Shown piece by piece: positions 41,758 through 51,337 of a DNA stretch of 64,000 nt; the first letter of the stretch is position 1, and the number at the start of each line of letters is the position of its first letter. Source of the DNA: an uncultured Lachnospiraceae bacterium. Lineage in GTDB: Bacteria > Bacillota > Clostridia > Lachnospirales > Lachnospiraceae. A program made the position numbers and the translations under genes. The stretch spans positions 3,675-67,674 of the forward strand of contig CAJUFE010000014.1 of the NCBI GenBank assembly GCA_910585635.1, written 5' to 3'. The notes beneath the pieces were generated by a model. It searched no databases. It had not been told where the DNA came from and worked only from the letters and a program-made list of their open reading frames with translations.

Positions 41758-42282
41758 TCACCTATGATATAAAAGCCAAAAAGCTCCTAGCGCGCCGGCA
41801 AAGATACAGCAGCCGAAGCTGAAATATGCGCTCTGCTCTGCTGGCCGATAAGGTCGGAACTGCCTGGTATAAAAAAGAGCGAGCAGGTATTGCTTGATCC
41901 GTATGAGGGAAGCCTTGCCTGTTTTTCGGGTCGCCATCACACAAGCAGCCGCCACTCCTCCGATCAAGACCGAACAGATCATGGTATACCCACAGAACCG
42001 TGCTCCGGCCAATGCACCGACTGCCATATACAGCTTCACATCTCCGGCTTTTAACATCCCCAAGATCCAGAAAAGCATGAAGGTGCTCCCCAGCAGAAAA
42101 CCCAGTACACTATCTTTTAGTCCCGTTATCCCGCCAAAAAGCAGGTTCAGGGTCATACCGATCAGGACCGATGGCAAGGTCAGACGATTGTAGATCTTAT
42201 GGTCATTAAGATCTGTCCATGCCCCACATCCTGCGAGCAGGACTGCGAGCAGCGACATGATCAGTCTATATCTTTCCTCCAA
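41758..42282 (-). CDS. A24 family prepilin peptidase (TadV/CpaA type)
   Basis: WTDLNDHKIYN and AGDVKL aspartate motifs, multiple TM segments; start uncertain (TTG 42282 or ATG 42258). Confidence 0.88.
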   Translation of the reverse strand: MEERYRLIMSLLAVLLAGCGAWTDLNDHKIYNRLTLPSVLIGMTLNLLFGGITGLKDSVLGFLLGSTFMLFWILGMLKAGDVKLYMAVGALAGARFCGYTMICSVLIGGVAAACVMATRKTGKASLIRIKQYLLALFYTRQFRPYRPAEQSAYFSFGCCIFAGALGAFWLLYHR

Positions 42283-42289
42283 CTCCCCT

Positions 42290-43087
42290 TCATCTCCTCC
42301 ATCTCCCCTGTCCTGCCCGATCCACTTCCACGATGATGATCGACACATTATCCGATGCTCCTCCTGGCTCGATCATCTGCCGTAAGGACTCGGCTTTTTC
42401 CTGTGCGTCCAGCTTTCGATCCCCTAAGACCCCTTTGATCTGTTTTTTCTCTAGTGGATGATAACAGCCATCGCTGCAGAGCAGGAAACGATCGCCATGG
42501 TGTACCCTTCCTGTGAGATGTTCACTTTGCGGGACAGGGAACATCCCGATGCACATGGTCAGGATATTTTTCAGTTTAGACCCCTCCGCTTCTTCTTGCG
42601 ATATCCGATGCTCCCGGACCATCTGCGCGACCATAGACTGATCCTTCGTCAGCTGGCGCAAGCATCGCTTCCGCCAGCGATAGACCCGGCTGTCTCCGAT
42701 GTTTTCGATATAGTATCTTTGTTTATAGAGCAACAACAAGGATAGCGTGGAACCTGAACGACACCCCATCCTACTGTTAAATCCCCGCACCGCCTGATTG
42801 ACATCCCAGATCTCCTGCTCCAGCAATTCCTGGATGTCCTCATCCGTATCTTTTCTCACTCGGAGCATCTGGGAAAGATCCTCATACCACCAGCGTTCGA
42901 ACTGCTCGATGATATATCGGCTCACCTGCGCACCGTAGGAAAGCCCTCCCATGCCATCTGCCACTGCAAAGAGTGCTGCTGTCTGCCCCTCTATGACATC
43001 CACTAAATAAAGGATACTGTCTTGGTTCTCTGTCCGTATGTCACCACGATCCGTCATCGCTCCACAGCGATAGGTAAGCTCCATCAT
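42290..43087 (-). CDS. PP2C family Ser/Thr phosphatase
   Basis: TDRG..R.ENQD, VADGMGG, NIGDSRVY, LLCSDG, DNVS. Confidence 0.93.
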   Translation of the reverse strand: MMELTYRCGAMTDRGDIRTENQDSILYLVDVIEGQTAALFAVADGMGGLSYGAQVSRYIIEQFERWWYEDLSQMLRVRKDTDEDIQELLEQEIWDVNQAVRGFNSRMGCRSGSTLSLLLLYKQRYYIENIGDSRVYRWRKRCLRQLTKDQSMVAQMVREHRISQEEAEGSKLKNILTMCIGMFPVPQSEHLTGRVHHGDRFLLCSDGCYHPLEKKQIKGVLGDRKLDAQEKAESLRQMIEPGGASDNVSIIIVEVDRAGQGRWRR

Positions 43088-44923
43088 CTAAATCTCCGCA
43101 CAGCGGATCACAAGCTCACTGTCTGCCAGCATGATCCGATCCTTATCATGCAGGAGATGGGGGAGATTACTTTCGATCCGCATCCCATTTCCATTGATAT
43201 AGGTCCCGTTTTTTGAATTGATATCAACCACAAAATACTGTCCACCCTGGCAGAAGAATCTGGCATGGATCTTTCCCACTTTCGGATTTTTGATCGCAAG
43301 GTCCACTTCTGTCTGCAGACGGCCTACGATCACACCATTTCCAGTACCGATGGGGACCCTGGTCAATCGGCCGTTTTCATAATACTCCAGATAGGCAGGC
43401 ATATCCCCGCCTGGACCTCCATCCAATAACTCAGTCTCCCCCTCAGTCCCTTCGATCCCTTCTGTATCTTCTGCATCTTGCAAGAATGGATAGCCGGTCC
43501 TTTGCGGTGTATCGACTGGATGTGATCCCATCGACATAGGGGCAGACTGTCCTTGCATCGGCTCCAGCCGGATGACCTGCTGTGGTCTTGGCTGGATCTC
43601 CTGCTGTGGTCTTGGCTGGATCTCTGGCCGCAGATCCGGTCTGGGAGCTTGGCCTGCATTTGCGCTAAAGCCACCACTTGGCTCTGGCCGTATGCCTGGC
43701 CTTGGAGCTGTTGGGATAGACGGCTTTGCTTTCGGCTGTACCGTCTGCCCGGGCCGACCCGTCTTCTTCCCTTTTGTTTTCTTTTTGCTGCTATTCTGCT
43801 CTTTTTTGGGATTAACATATGCTTCCCGATAAAGGATCACTTCCGCCAGCAGGATAACGATCACAAAGGCAAGGATATTATTGATCACGAGTCCTCCGGC
43901 CTCATCGACAAACAGGCCGAAGGAAATGCTGGCGGCTGTGACTACCATGAGCAGCGCCTGCGGCAATAAAAATATACGCTTCGCTTTTTCTGGATCAAAC
44001 CTATTTTCCTCATCAGCGATCGAGTCTTTGTCCGTCGTATCGATCCGCTCCGCCTTCTTTTTCTTTCTTATCGGTTTTTCCGGGACAGGCAGTGGAGGGT
44101 CGCCTGCTCTTTGTCCCTCCTCCGCTACAGGGCCTCTTGATGGATCGGACTGCTGATACATACTGGTGGCCACGGCAGGGCGCCTATAGTCTGGATGTCC
44201 ACCTGCCTGATCTTGGATACTGGTCATCTGCTGCTCTGCAGGCTGTCTATTTATTGGCTGCGTTCCGATAGACGGCATACCGACCGGCTGTTGGTACGTC
44301 GTTGGCTGGCCCATAGATCTTGGAGCACCCGCCGGCGCCTCGTTTTTGTAGACGCCTGTCCCTGTCGTCTGATAAGGCTTCAGGCTTTTCTCCAGCTGTT
44401 CCACCGAAAATGGCTGCCGGTTCAGCTCTCGCAGCAAGACCTGGATCAGGTTATCGTTTGACATCTCGATCTTATCGTCTACGACCAATCCTGTGATCAA
44501 TCCTTTTAACCCCGCGCTTTGTCCTCCCGGTGCGGGCAGATACACAAATGCAGGTCCACATGTCGCAGGATCCACGTAGATATGGTCTGCCTCTAACAGG
44601 ATGCCTTCCGCTGGCAGACGGTAATCCGATGCATCCTTGATCGCCCCGATGGCTCCTTCTATCAGACAGAGCAGCTCCTTTCGCTTTAACGGTCTTTTTT
44701 CTAAGATCTGTCCAAGAGGGACTCTGGATGTGATGTTATAATATAGCACCGTTTCTCCATCGAGCACCTGCCTGGATACGGCCAAAAGGTTCTTGATATC
44801 ATTAGACAGGAGCATCCCCAACTGATATTGGACCAGCTCAACATCTGCCGGACACAGCACGGTCATGTAACTGGATGCCCCTATGGTCTCATAGGATACC
44901 GTAAATCCTCCATTCATGTTCAA
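43088..44923 (-). CDS. DUF6382-like N-terminal domain, two TM segments and FHA domain protein
   Basis: YQLGMLLSN...LYYNITS..PL N-domain; C-terminal VGR...KIHA...DINSKNGTYING FHA. Confidence 0.85.
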   Translation of the reverse strand: MNMNGGFTVSYETIGASSYMTVLCPADVELVQYQLGMLLSNDIKNLLAVSRQVLDGETVLYYNITSRVPLGQILEKRPLKRKELLCLIEGAIGAIKDASDYRLPAEGILLEADHIYVDPATCGPAFVYLPAPGGQSAGLKGLITGLVVDDKIEMSNDNLIQVLLRELNRQPFSVEQLEKSLKPYQTTGTGVYKNEAPAGAPRSMGQPTTYQQPVGMPSIGTQPINRQPAEQQMTSIQDQAGGHPDYRRPAVATSMYQQSDPSRGPVAEEGQRAGDPPLPVPEKPIRKKKKAERIDTTDKDSIADEENRFDPEKAKRIFLLPQALLMVVTAASISFGLFVDEAGGLVINNILAFVIVILLAEVILYREAYVNPKKEQNSSKKKTKGKKTGRPGQTVQPKAKPSIPTAPRPGIRPEPSGGFSANAGQAPRPDLRPEIQPRPQQEIQPRPQQVIRLEPMQGQSAPMSMGSHPVDTPQRTGYPFLQDAEDTEGIEGTEGETELLDGGPGGDMPAYLEYYENGRLTRVPIGTGNGVIVGRLQTEVDLAIKNPKVGKIHARFFCQGGQYFVVDINSKNGTYINGNGMRIESNLPHLLHDKDRIMLADSELVIRCAEI

Positions 44924-44953
44924 ACCTCCATTTTATCTGTTCCGTCTTTTTTG

Positions 44954-45583
44954 TCATAAAGCAAAGAAGACAAGATGGACCGCTATCCCCGCTGCCAGGA
45001 ATGGGACAAAAGGGAATGCATCCTGCATACTTTTTTTCGCAAATAGCAGCAGACCGATACTATAGATAAAGGATAATGCCATTGCAAAGAGCAAGATCTG
45101 CACCGTGTACGCCCACCCGGCTGTTATCGCGGTCACTCCCAGGAGCTTAGCATCTCCCATCCCGACCTTTCCCTTTGAAAGCTGAGCCAGGATACAGGTC
45201 ACGGCTGCGAACAGGATCCCTGGCACGTATATAGAAAACAGCTCTTCCGCTGTCCTGTACAGAGCACCAAGGAGCATCTGTCCTGAAAGATAGCACAGCA
45301 GGATCATCCCCGGCACGACCCTGCATCTCCCATCCACCAATGCCAGGAGCATATAGGTACATAAAAGGTCTGCGATCTGGACAGCCGCCACCGACCTGCC
45401 GCTGCCGATCCAGATAAGGAGATATCCAGCCATCCAGACTATGGACAGTATATATAGTCTCTTTTCGGCCCATATCCGGTCTATCGAGCATTCCTTTCCT
45501 CTCCACAGATCGATCCCATATAGGCTTTTTATACCGCCTAATATCGATAATGCAAACCATGTGAGGATCTCGCCTGTCACCAT
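44954..45583 (-). CDS. Second A24 family prepilin peptidase
   Basis: ALVDGRCRVVP, GMGDAKL, AFPFVPFLAAG. Confidence 0.85.
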   Translation of the reverse strand: MVTGEILTWFALSILGGIKSLYGIDLWRGKECSIDRIWAEKRLYILSIVWMAGYLLIWIGSGRSVAAVQIADLLCTYMLLALVDGRCRVVPGMILLCYLSGQMLLGALYRTAEELFSIYVPGILFAAVTCILAQLSKGKVGMGDAKLLGVTAITAGWAYTVQILLFAMALSFIYSIGLLLFAKKSMQDAFPFVPFLAAGIAVHLVFFAL

Positions 45584-45648
45584 CTGATCCCATCCTTTTC
45601 ATCCTTTTTCTTTCCGCCAAGCTCTTTCTTCCAAGCGTCCGGATGCGG

Positions 45649-46767
45649 TCAATCGATCTCTTTTGTGATGATCTGGATATCCGGATACTGCGCCTGGATC
45701 TCTTTTACTGCCTGGTCATATTGTGTGCGGTCCACTTCTCTGCCCTTTGCCGAAGATGGGATATACACGATCAATCTTGTGCTTTTGATATCATCCTTCT
45801 TGAGCGTGACGCCATCATAGGTGGTATCCTTGAACCCCTTCACCTTATTACAGGTCTTGCGCAGGGTGGCCTTGATCCCGGAAGCCTTCTCGTAGCTCAC
45901 ATCCCGGATATCGATGGAAAGTTCTGCGGTGGCCTGGCCCGTTCCTGCATCGTAAGCGGAAAAGGTGGAGAAATTGCCTGGAAGGTTCCGCACCTTCTCC
46001 TGCTCCTGGATCATCTTCCCACGTTCAAAGAGCGGACGATCCCATACACTTTCTTCTTTTTTCTCATCCTCTTCTTTTTTAGGACTGCTCTCTTTAAATA
46101 CGGAGGTCCCGCTCATCCCTCGGATATAGGCACGGTTCACCAGATTTAACTCTGGCATGATATCCACCGGCATGATCGGATCGATACTGTAGCATACGAC
46201 CAGATCGATCGTGGCGCCATCTTCATAAAAACTGGAGCTGTTCAGATCTAGGCCATCGATCCCACCGACAACACGCAGCGCCTTCAGCCTTGCATCGGCA
46301 CTGTTCCCTTTTGAGTCTGCGCCGATATAGCCCTCGATCATCGGCCTGGCCACGGCCTCAAAAAGCTGATGGTTCACTTCCCTGCCGGCTTCCCCTAAGA
46401 TCGCGGCTCCGATATTTTTCAATATCTCTTTTGGGTCGGTCGTACCATCATAGGATGCATTAAGGTCGCCTGAGCTAAAATCTTCATAGAACTGGACCAC
46501 CTCGCCCATGTCTTCATTCAGCTTCCCTGTACGCTCCCCCGTCGCGCCTGCGATCTGCTGGTTCAGATCATTGATCCCAGCCACCTGATACAGGTATGCA
46601 TACATAGATAATTCCTTCGCCGTCTGACTGACCGCATGCTGCATCAGGCCATATGCATATACGATCCGCATGATATACAGGATGGTCACGATGATCATCA
46701 AAAAGATCGAGTAGGAAATGCTGGCCTCTATGGTCAGCGCTCCTTTTTGGCCATTCTTTCTGTCCAT
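45649..46767 (-). CDS. TadE/TadG-family pseudopilin with a C-terminal CdiA-EC869-like nuclease-fold domain
   Basis: Class III signal KG|ALTIEAS followed by a hydrophobic helix; the C-terminal domain call is by remembered motif similarity only. Confidence 0.8.
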   Translation of the reverse strand: MDRKNGQKGALTIEASISYSIFLMIIVTILYIMRIVYAYGLMQHAVSQTAKELSMYAYLYQVAGINDLNQQIAGATGERTGKLNEDMGEVVQFYEDFSSGDLNASYDGTTDPKEILKNIGAAILGEAGREVNHQLFEAVARPMIEGYIGADSKGNSADARLKALRVVGGIDGLDLNSSSFYEDGATIDLVVCYSIDPIMPVDIMPELNLVNRAYIRGMSGTSVFKESSPKKEEDEKKEESVWDRPLFERGKMIQEQEKVRNLPGNFSTFSAYDAGTGQATAELSIDIRDVSYEKASGIKATLRKTCNKVKGFKDTTYDGVTLKKDDIKSTRLIVYIPSSAKGREVDRTQYDQAVKEIQAQYPDIQIITKEID

Positions 46768-46779
46768 AACTTTCTTCCC

Positions 46780-49305
46780 CTAATATCCCTGGTAGATCGT
46801 ATTCGTAAAATGCAGCCGTCCTGTGTAGCCATTCCTCCCATACTCGCTCTGGAAGGGCTGCACACTTCCAAATAGATAGCGGATCGACAGCTCTGTATCT
46901 GCATGCAGATAGGTATAAGCGTCCGCCATGGTAAAATCGGTCTCACCGATCTTTTTCATATCCATCTCGATCAGATCCGCAGAACGCATGATGCACTTTT
47001 CTCTCCCCTTGAGCAGCAGGAGGATCAGCAGGTAATCTTCGTAGGAGACAAAAAGGCCCGACTCGCCATAATGGGAGATCAGCTCTTCCCCTGTGGCATC
47101 TGGATCCACCGTCAGGAGGATATTTTTCGATGTCTTTAGCAGCGGGATCTTATATCCGCCAGTGATCAGATAGTCCATTTCCAGCAAAGTCTCTGCCGTC
47201 GCCCATGCCGTCAGGAATATCCAAAAAAACACGGCCTCTGGCACCACACCTGCGGTGAGCAGGGAGGCTGCAGCCGCAGCCGCGTGACAGCTGGGGTTGA
47301 TCACCTTTTTCTCTCCGTACATCGCGACCACGTTGTTGGCCAGCCGTTCTGCAAATATGGTCCCATATACCGCAGCTTCATTTGCCTGATCGCTCTGGTT
47401 CCCATAGATCAGGTATTCAATCTCACTGCGCAAGACCGTATCCCGGTCTTTTTTTGGTGTGAACCGCATGTCCAATTCCCCATCTGGATGGGCATACCGC
47501 CATTTTGGCATATAAAAGCTGCTCTTATCCTTTTCCGACATCCCAGAAGAAGAAAACTTTTTTACGCCAGTCAACCTGGTCTTAAAGGTGCCGAACATAT
47601 ACGTCAGGCAGAGGATATCGTCGCGTCCGGCTTCCGCGATATCCAGGATCATACTGTGCTTTCCCTGGTCCAATATGGCCTTTGAGGCAGACAGATCATT
47701 CGTTTCATTGTAAAATCCGGTATCGCTGCTCTTTCCTGTATCGGTGCTCCAGGTTTTAGACGGTCGTGCCTGATAGACCGCTCCGTCCACGGTCCCTCTT
47801 TCTGCCTGTCCCTCCAGATCCGTCTCCGCATTGCCTGTTTTTCCAGACTGGCCTTTTGCAAAACTTTGATCGATCTTATCACTAGATACACCTGTATACT
47901 TATTGGAGGGGTTCACCTTCTCCGGATCCCAGGTCCTATCGATAAAATAGGCAGAAAGCTTGCTGACCGCTGGCTGATAGCTCCTTGCTACTCCTCCGGA
48001 GGACACCACTTCATCGATGCTGGTGGTGCTATCTGCACTGTTCAGATAATAATAGTAATATTCGGTGATCTCCTCTTCCTCTTCTTCCTCTTCTCCATCC
48101 TCTCCGCCATCATCGCCATCTTCCGCCATCTCCTCCCGCATCCGCTCGATCTCCTCGATATATCTTGTGATCGCCTCATGGATATCCTTCATCACATGAT
48201 CAAGCTCCGATCCGATCGATGTGTCTTTATCCATCTGCTCTAAGATCGGATCATCTATGAGTTTTTGGACTTCAGGAAGATAGGTTTCTTTATATAGTTT
48301 GATATTGTTTTCTGCGTCCTGGATCATGTCGGCTACAGACTCATTTCCAGCCGCTTTCCCTTGGTTTTCAGACTGGAAGTTCTGCAGCCTCTGGATCGAC
48401 CCCTCGATCTCCTTTTTTGACTTTTTAGCCTGATCTAAAACCTTTCCTGCCTGCTTACAGGCAGCACCTGCTGCTTTTTTCAGGGCAGACCGGTCATTCC
48501 CATACGCATTTGCTGCCTTTTTTTCTGAAGAGGTCAATTCTTCTTCTGTATCGATATTCTCGATCCGGATCTCTTCCATCTTCCCTTTTAAGGAGGTCAG
48601 ATAGTTAGCCTGTGCCGTTTTGACTGTCTGGATCGCTGTATTTAAGCTATCGATCTCCTTCCGCAGTTTGACAAGCTCTCCATCTGCAGCAGAATTCGCT
48701 TCATCGACTCCCATCTTATCTTCCATCACCTGGGATGTGACCTGGTTTTTTTCTGCTTCCGCTTTCAGATCTCCCAGGCTTTTAAAGATATCCATACGAT
48801 CTGCCATCACATACAGACCACGGAATTTGGAATATTCTACCATCTGGCTTGCCAGTACATCTTGCTCAGCCAGTTGATACAAGGGCTCTACCTTACAGCC
48901 ATCAACATGAAAATCGTACAGATTTAAAAAATCCTCTCCCATATAGGACTTTTGCCCCGTCAAGGTGGTCTTCATGATGTTCCAGATCTGTTCCGAGTAG
49001 GTATCATCTCCAGACAGTCCATAAGCCAATAGCGTCGCGCTCAGGCTTTCCTTGTAGACCGTCTCCAGCTTCTCCTGTTCTTTTTCATCAAGGGCAAATA
49101 ACCCGAACTGATCTTTTAGCTTCTGATCATAAGAGGACAGGACACTGGCCGCTGCCAGATCTGTAGCCTCCTGTGCCATCGCCATCGCGCTGGCCATACG
49201 ACTCCCATCGATCAAGACCGCTGAAAATAACATCGTAGGAATGGTTATGATGACCAGAAAGATCGATATCGCCCCTTTCAGCTTCCTGTTCCTAAAGAGC
49301 TCCAT
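46780..49305 (-). CDS. Large TadG-like pseudopilin (Tad N-domain, coiled coil, DUF5702-like C-terminus)
   Basis: KG|AISIFLVII, ASVLSSYD..L...FGLFA, EIEYLIYG, SYEDYLLILL, DLIEMDM. Confidence 0.8.
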   Translation of the reverse strand: MELFRNRKLKGAISIFLVIITIPTMLFSAVLIDGSRMASAMAMAQEATDLAAASVLSSYDQKLKDQFGLFALDEKEQEKLETVYKESLSATLLAYGLSGDDTYSEQIWNIMKTTLTGQKSYMGEDFLNLYDFHVDGCKVEPLYQLAEQDVLASQMVEYSKFRGLYVMADRMDIFKSLGDLKAEAEKNQVTSQVMEDKMGVDEANSAADGELVKLRKEIDSLNTAIQTVKTAQANYLTSLKGKMEEIRIENIDTEEELTSSEKKAANAYGNDRSALKKAAGAACKQAGKVLDQAKKSKKEIEGSIQRLQNFQSENQGKAAGNESVADMIQDAENNIKLYKETYLPEVQKLIDDPILEQMDKDTSIGSELDHVMKDIHEAITRYIEEIERMREEMAEDGDDGGEDGEEEEEEEEITEYYYYYLNSADSTTSIDEVVSSGGVARSYQPAVSKLSAYFIDRTWDPEKVNPSNKYTGVSSDKIDQSFAKGQSGKTGNAETDLEGQAERGTVDGAVYQARPSKTWSTDTGKSSDTGFYNETNDLSASKAILDQGKHSMILDIAEAGRDDILCLTYMFGTFKTRLTGVKKFSSSGMSEKDKSSFYMPKWRYAHPDGELDMRFTPKKDRDTVLRSEIEYLIYGNQSDQANEAAVYGTIFAERLANNVVAMYGEKKVINPSCHAAAAAASLLTAGVVPEAVFFWIFLTAWATAETLLEMDYLITGGYKIPLLKTSKNILLTVDPDATGEELISHYGESGLFVSYEDYLLILLLLKGREKCIMRSADLIEMDMKKIGETDFTMADAYTYLHADTELSIRYLFGSVQPFQSEYGRNGYTGRLHFTNTIYQGY

Positions 49306-49318
49306 ACATCCACCACCT

Positions 49319-49999
49319 TTATTTCAGCAGATCTGCCACCTTTTGTATGGCATCCTTGATCTTGTTATAACCATCCTGCACGGTACCGAAGGCTTCTGTC
49401 TGGCTGACGATATCGGTGATGATATCCACATTCCGCACAAAATCTGGAGCGTCTACCACCGCCGATACGGCTGTGGTATCAACGTCAAAAGCTCCCGTCT
49501 GGCCGAACATCCTTGCCATAACATCGATCGGTGTGTGATAGGTGCTGCGGATGTTCACCTTTATACGCTTAACGATCAGATAGTCTTCTATGGAGGTATA
49601 ACTCCCACCATTCTGCTCATCACCAGATAGGATATCCCTTTTCCCCATCCGTTCTGCCACATATCGGTCTACAAGAGCCGTATACGCTCTTTTCGTTCCT
49701 CCGCCCATAAAAGGGACATTCCGATAAGGATCCCTGATCTTAAAATCGCTCAAGGTCTTGATCCCGGTCGTCATATCGGATACCCTGGAGCTATATACCA
49801 CCGAGCCTCGCTCCGATGCCCGGACCGCCAGGCTCTGCAGGTTCACTTCCTGATAGAGGACCATCCCCATGAATAGGATCAGCAGCAGAGAAAAGAAGAT
49901 AACAGGAAAGATCATAGTCAGTTCGATCGTCAGATAGCCGTCTTCTGCTTTTTTGCATACTGATCGGATGATCCGGGCAAGCTTTTTAACCCCATCCAT
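49319..49999 (-). CDS. TadE family pseudopilin
   Basis: DG|YLTIELTMIFPVIF class III signal; C-terminal DAPDFVRNVD. Confidence 0.85.
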   Translation of the reverse strand: MDGVKKLARIIRSVCKKAEDGYLTIELTMIFPVIFFSLLLILFMGMVLYQEVNLQSLAVRASERGSVVYSSRVSDMTTGIKTLSDFKIRDPYRNVPFMGGGTKRAYTALVDRYVAERMGKRDILSGDEQNGGSYTSIEDYLIVKRIKVNIRSTYHTPIDVMARMFGQTGAFDVDTTAVSAVVDAPDFVRNVDIITDIVSQTEAFGTVQDGYNKIKDAIQKVADLLK

Positions 50000-50040
50000 T
50001 TTTCTGTATCTCCCCTATAGCCTTATTTCCATATCACAGA

Positions 50041-50080
50041 AGATATCCACTGGGATACGGGTCCTTCCTAGTGGATATCT
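50041..50080. terminator. Stem-loop immediately downstream of the flp pilin gene
   Basis: AGATATCCACT ... AGTGGATATCT perfect 11 bp arms, no strong U-tract. Confidence 0.6.
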
Positions 50081-50088
50081 CGATACCA

Positions 50089-50277
50089 TCAGCCTGCGCT
50101 GGGCGTTTCTACCACATCAGCTTTAAATACTTTCTCCATGATCGACTTGGCAAATTCCATGATCTGCTTCCTAAATAACAACGCGATACACATCAATGCC
50201 GCGATGATCATAACAAGCTCGATCGTCCCCATCCCATCCTCTTCTTCATAAAATCGTCTGAGTAACTCCATATCCAT
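50089..50277 (-). CDS. flp: Flp1 family major pilin (type IVc/Tad)
   Basis: RRFYEEEDG|MGTIELVMIIAALMCIALLFRKQI with E at +5. Confidence 0.92.
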   Translation of the reverse strand: MDMELLRRFYEEEDGMGTIELVMIIAALMCIALLFRKQIMEFAKSIMEKVFKADVVETPSAG

Positions 50278-50396
50278 TTCCTCCGTTTTTCTAAAAGATT
50301 TCTATAAAAATACCGCAGACCGGTAATTTTACCAAGCGATACGTATGGCAGATCCCATCGACCGTGCGTATCTATCGGATCAAGGATCTTCTCTCC

Positions 50397-51320
50397 TCAC
50401 ATCCCCGATGTCATGCTCAATACCGCTGGCGTTGCTACGATCAGCACGATCCCCAGGAACATGATCATCATCGGGAGCAGGATCTTCGTGCTGGCCTGCT
50501 CGCCCAACTCCTTCGCTGCGTTCTTGCGCATCTCCCAGCACTCGTGTCCTTGTTCCCGCAAGACCGGGACGACCTCGGCTCCGCCACGCTTTAAGTTCAT
50601 CACGATGACCGATACGAATTTCGTCACTTCCTTCACATGGCACCTTCGGGCAAATTCCTCGTAGGCCGTTGCCTCCGGCTTTCCGGCTTTGATCTCCGCC
50701 AAGGCATACCGCATCTCCCTGTACAGGATATGTTCCCTCTTATTTTCATTGATGATCTTTTCCCAGGCCTTCGATATCGTCATCCCCGCATTGACCAGAA
50801 GGGTCAATTTGTTTACAAATTCGGGGAACTCCATCTGGATCGAAAGCCGCCTTTTCTGGATATCCTCTCCCAGGCTGCCATCTACCAAAAAAGGGACAGC
50901 TGCAAAGGCAACGATAGATGCAACAGTTAACAGCATCCCATCTGTGCTGCCCTGCATCACCATGATCATCCCCATCAGGGACGCACCCACTGCGGCGATC
51001 AACGCCACTGCCAGACGATACCCTTTATGGATATACTGATAAAACCTTGCATCCTTCGGACCTCTGATCTCCAGGATCTTTTGATAGACCTGGTTATCGT
51101 GACGGGCCAGGATGGACCGCAGAGACATGGGTATGACCTTTTGAAAGACCGTGATCTCACTCATAGCCAACCCGATCGGGATAAAGTCTTTTAAACCATA
51201 TTCTTCTTTATCTACATATTCCAGATACTCATCATACTGACCCTTTGACTTAAAGTAAAATACCATAAATAACAACACCGATATCCCACACATCCATGCG
51301 GAAATGATCTTCAGCACCAT
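50397..51320 (-). CDS. tadC: TadC / T2SS-F family platform protein
   Basis: FPEFVNKLTLLVNAGM, KELGEQASTKILLPMM. Confidence 0.88.
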   Translation of the reverse strand: MVLKIISAWMCGISVLLFMVFYFKSKGQYDEYLEYVDKEEYGLKDFIPIGLAMSEITVFQKVIPMSLRSILARHDNQVYQKILEIRGPKDARFYQYIHKGYRLAVALIAAVGASLMGMIMVMQGSTDGMLLTVASIVAFAAVPFLVDGSLGEDIQKRRLSIQMEFPEFVNKLTLLVNAGMTISKAWEKIINENKREHILYREMRYALAEIKAGKPEATAYEEFARRCHVKEVTKFVSVIVMNLKRGGAEVVPVLREQGHECWEMRKNAAKELGEQASTKILLPMMIMFLGIVLIVATPAVLSMTSGM

Positions 51321-51337
51321 CGCTCTCTACCTCCTGA

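Noticed and set aside
45649..46050. Active polymorphic toxin with an immunity gene
   Set aside because: The expected catalytic D and SxK residues are replaced, and the next gene is a prepilin peptidase rather than an immunity ORF.
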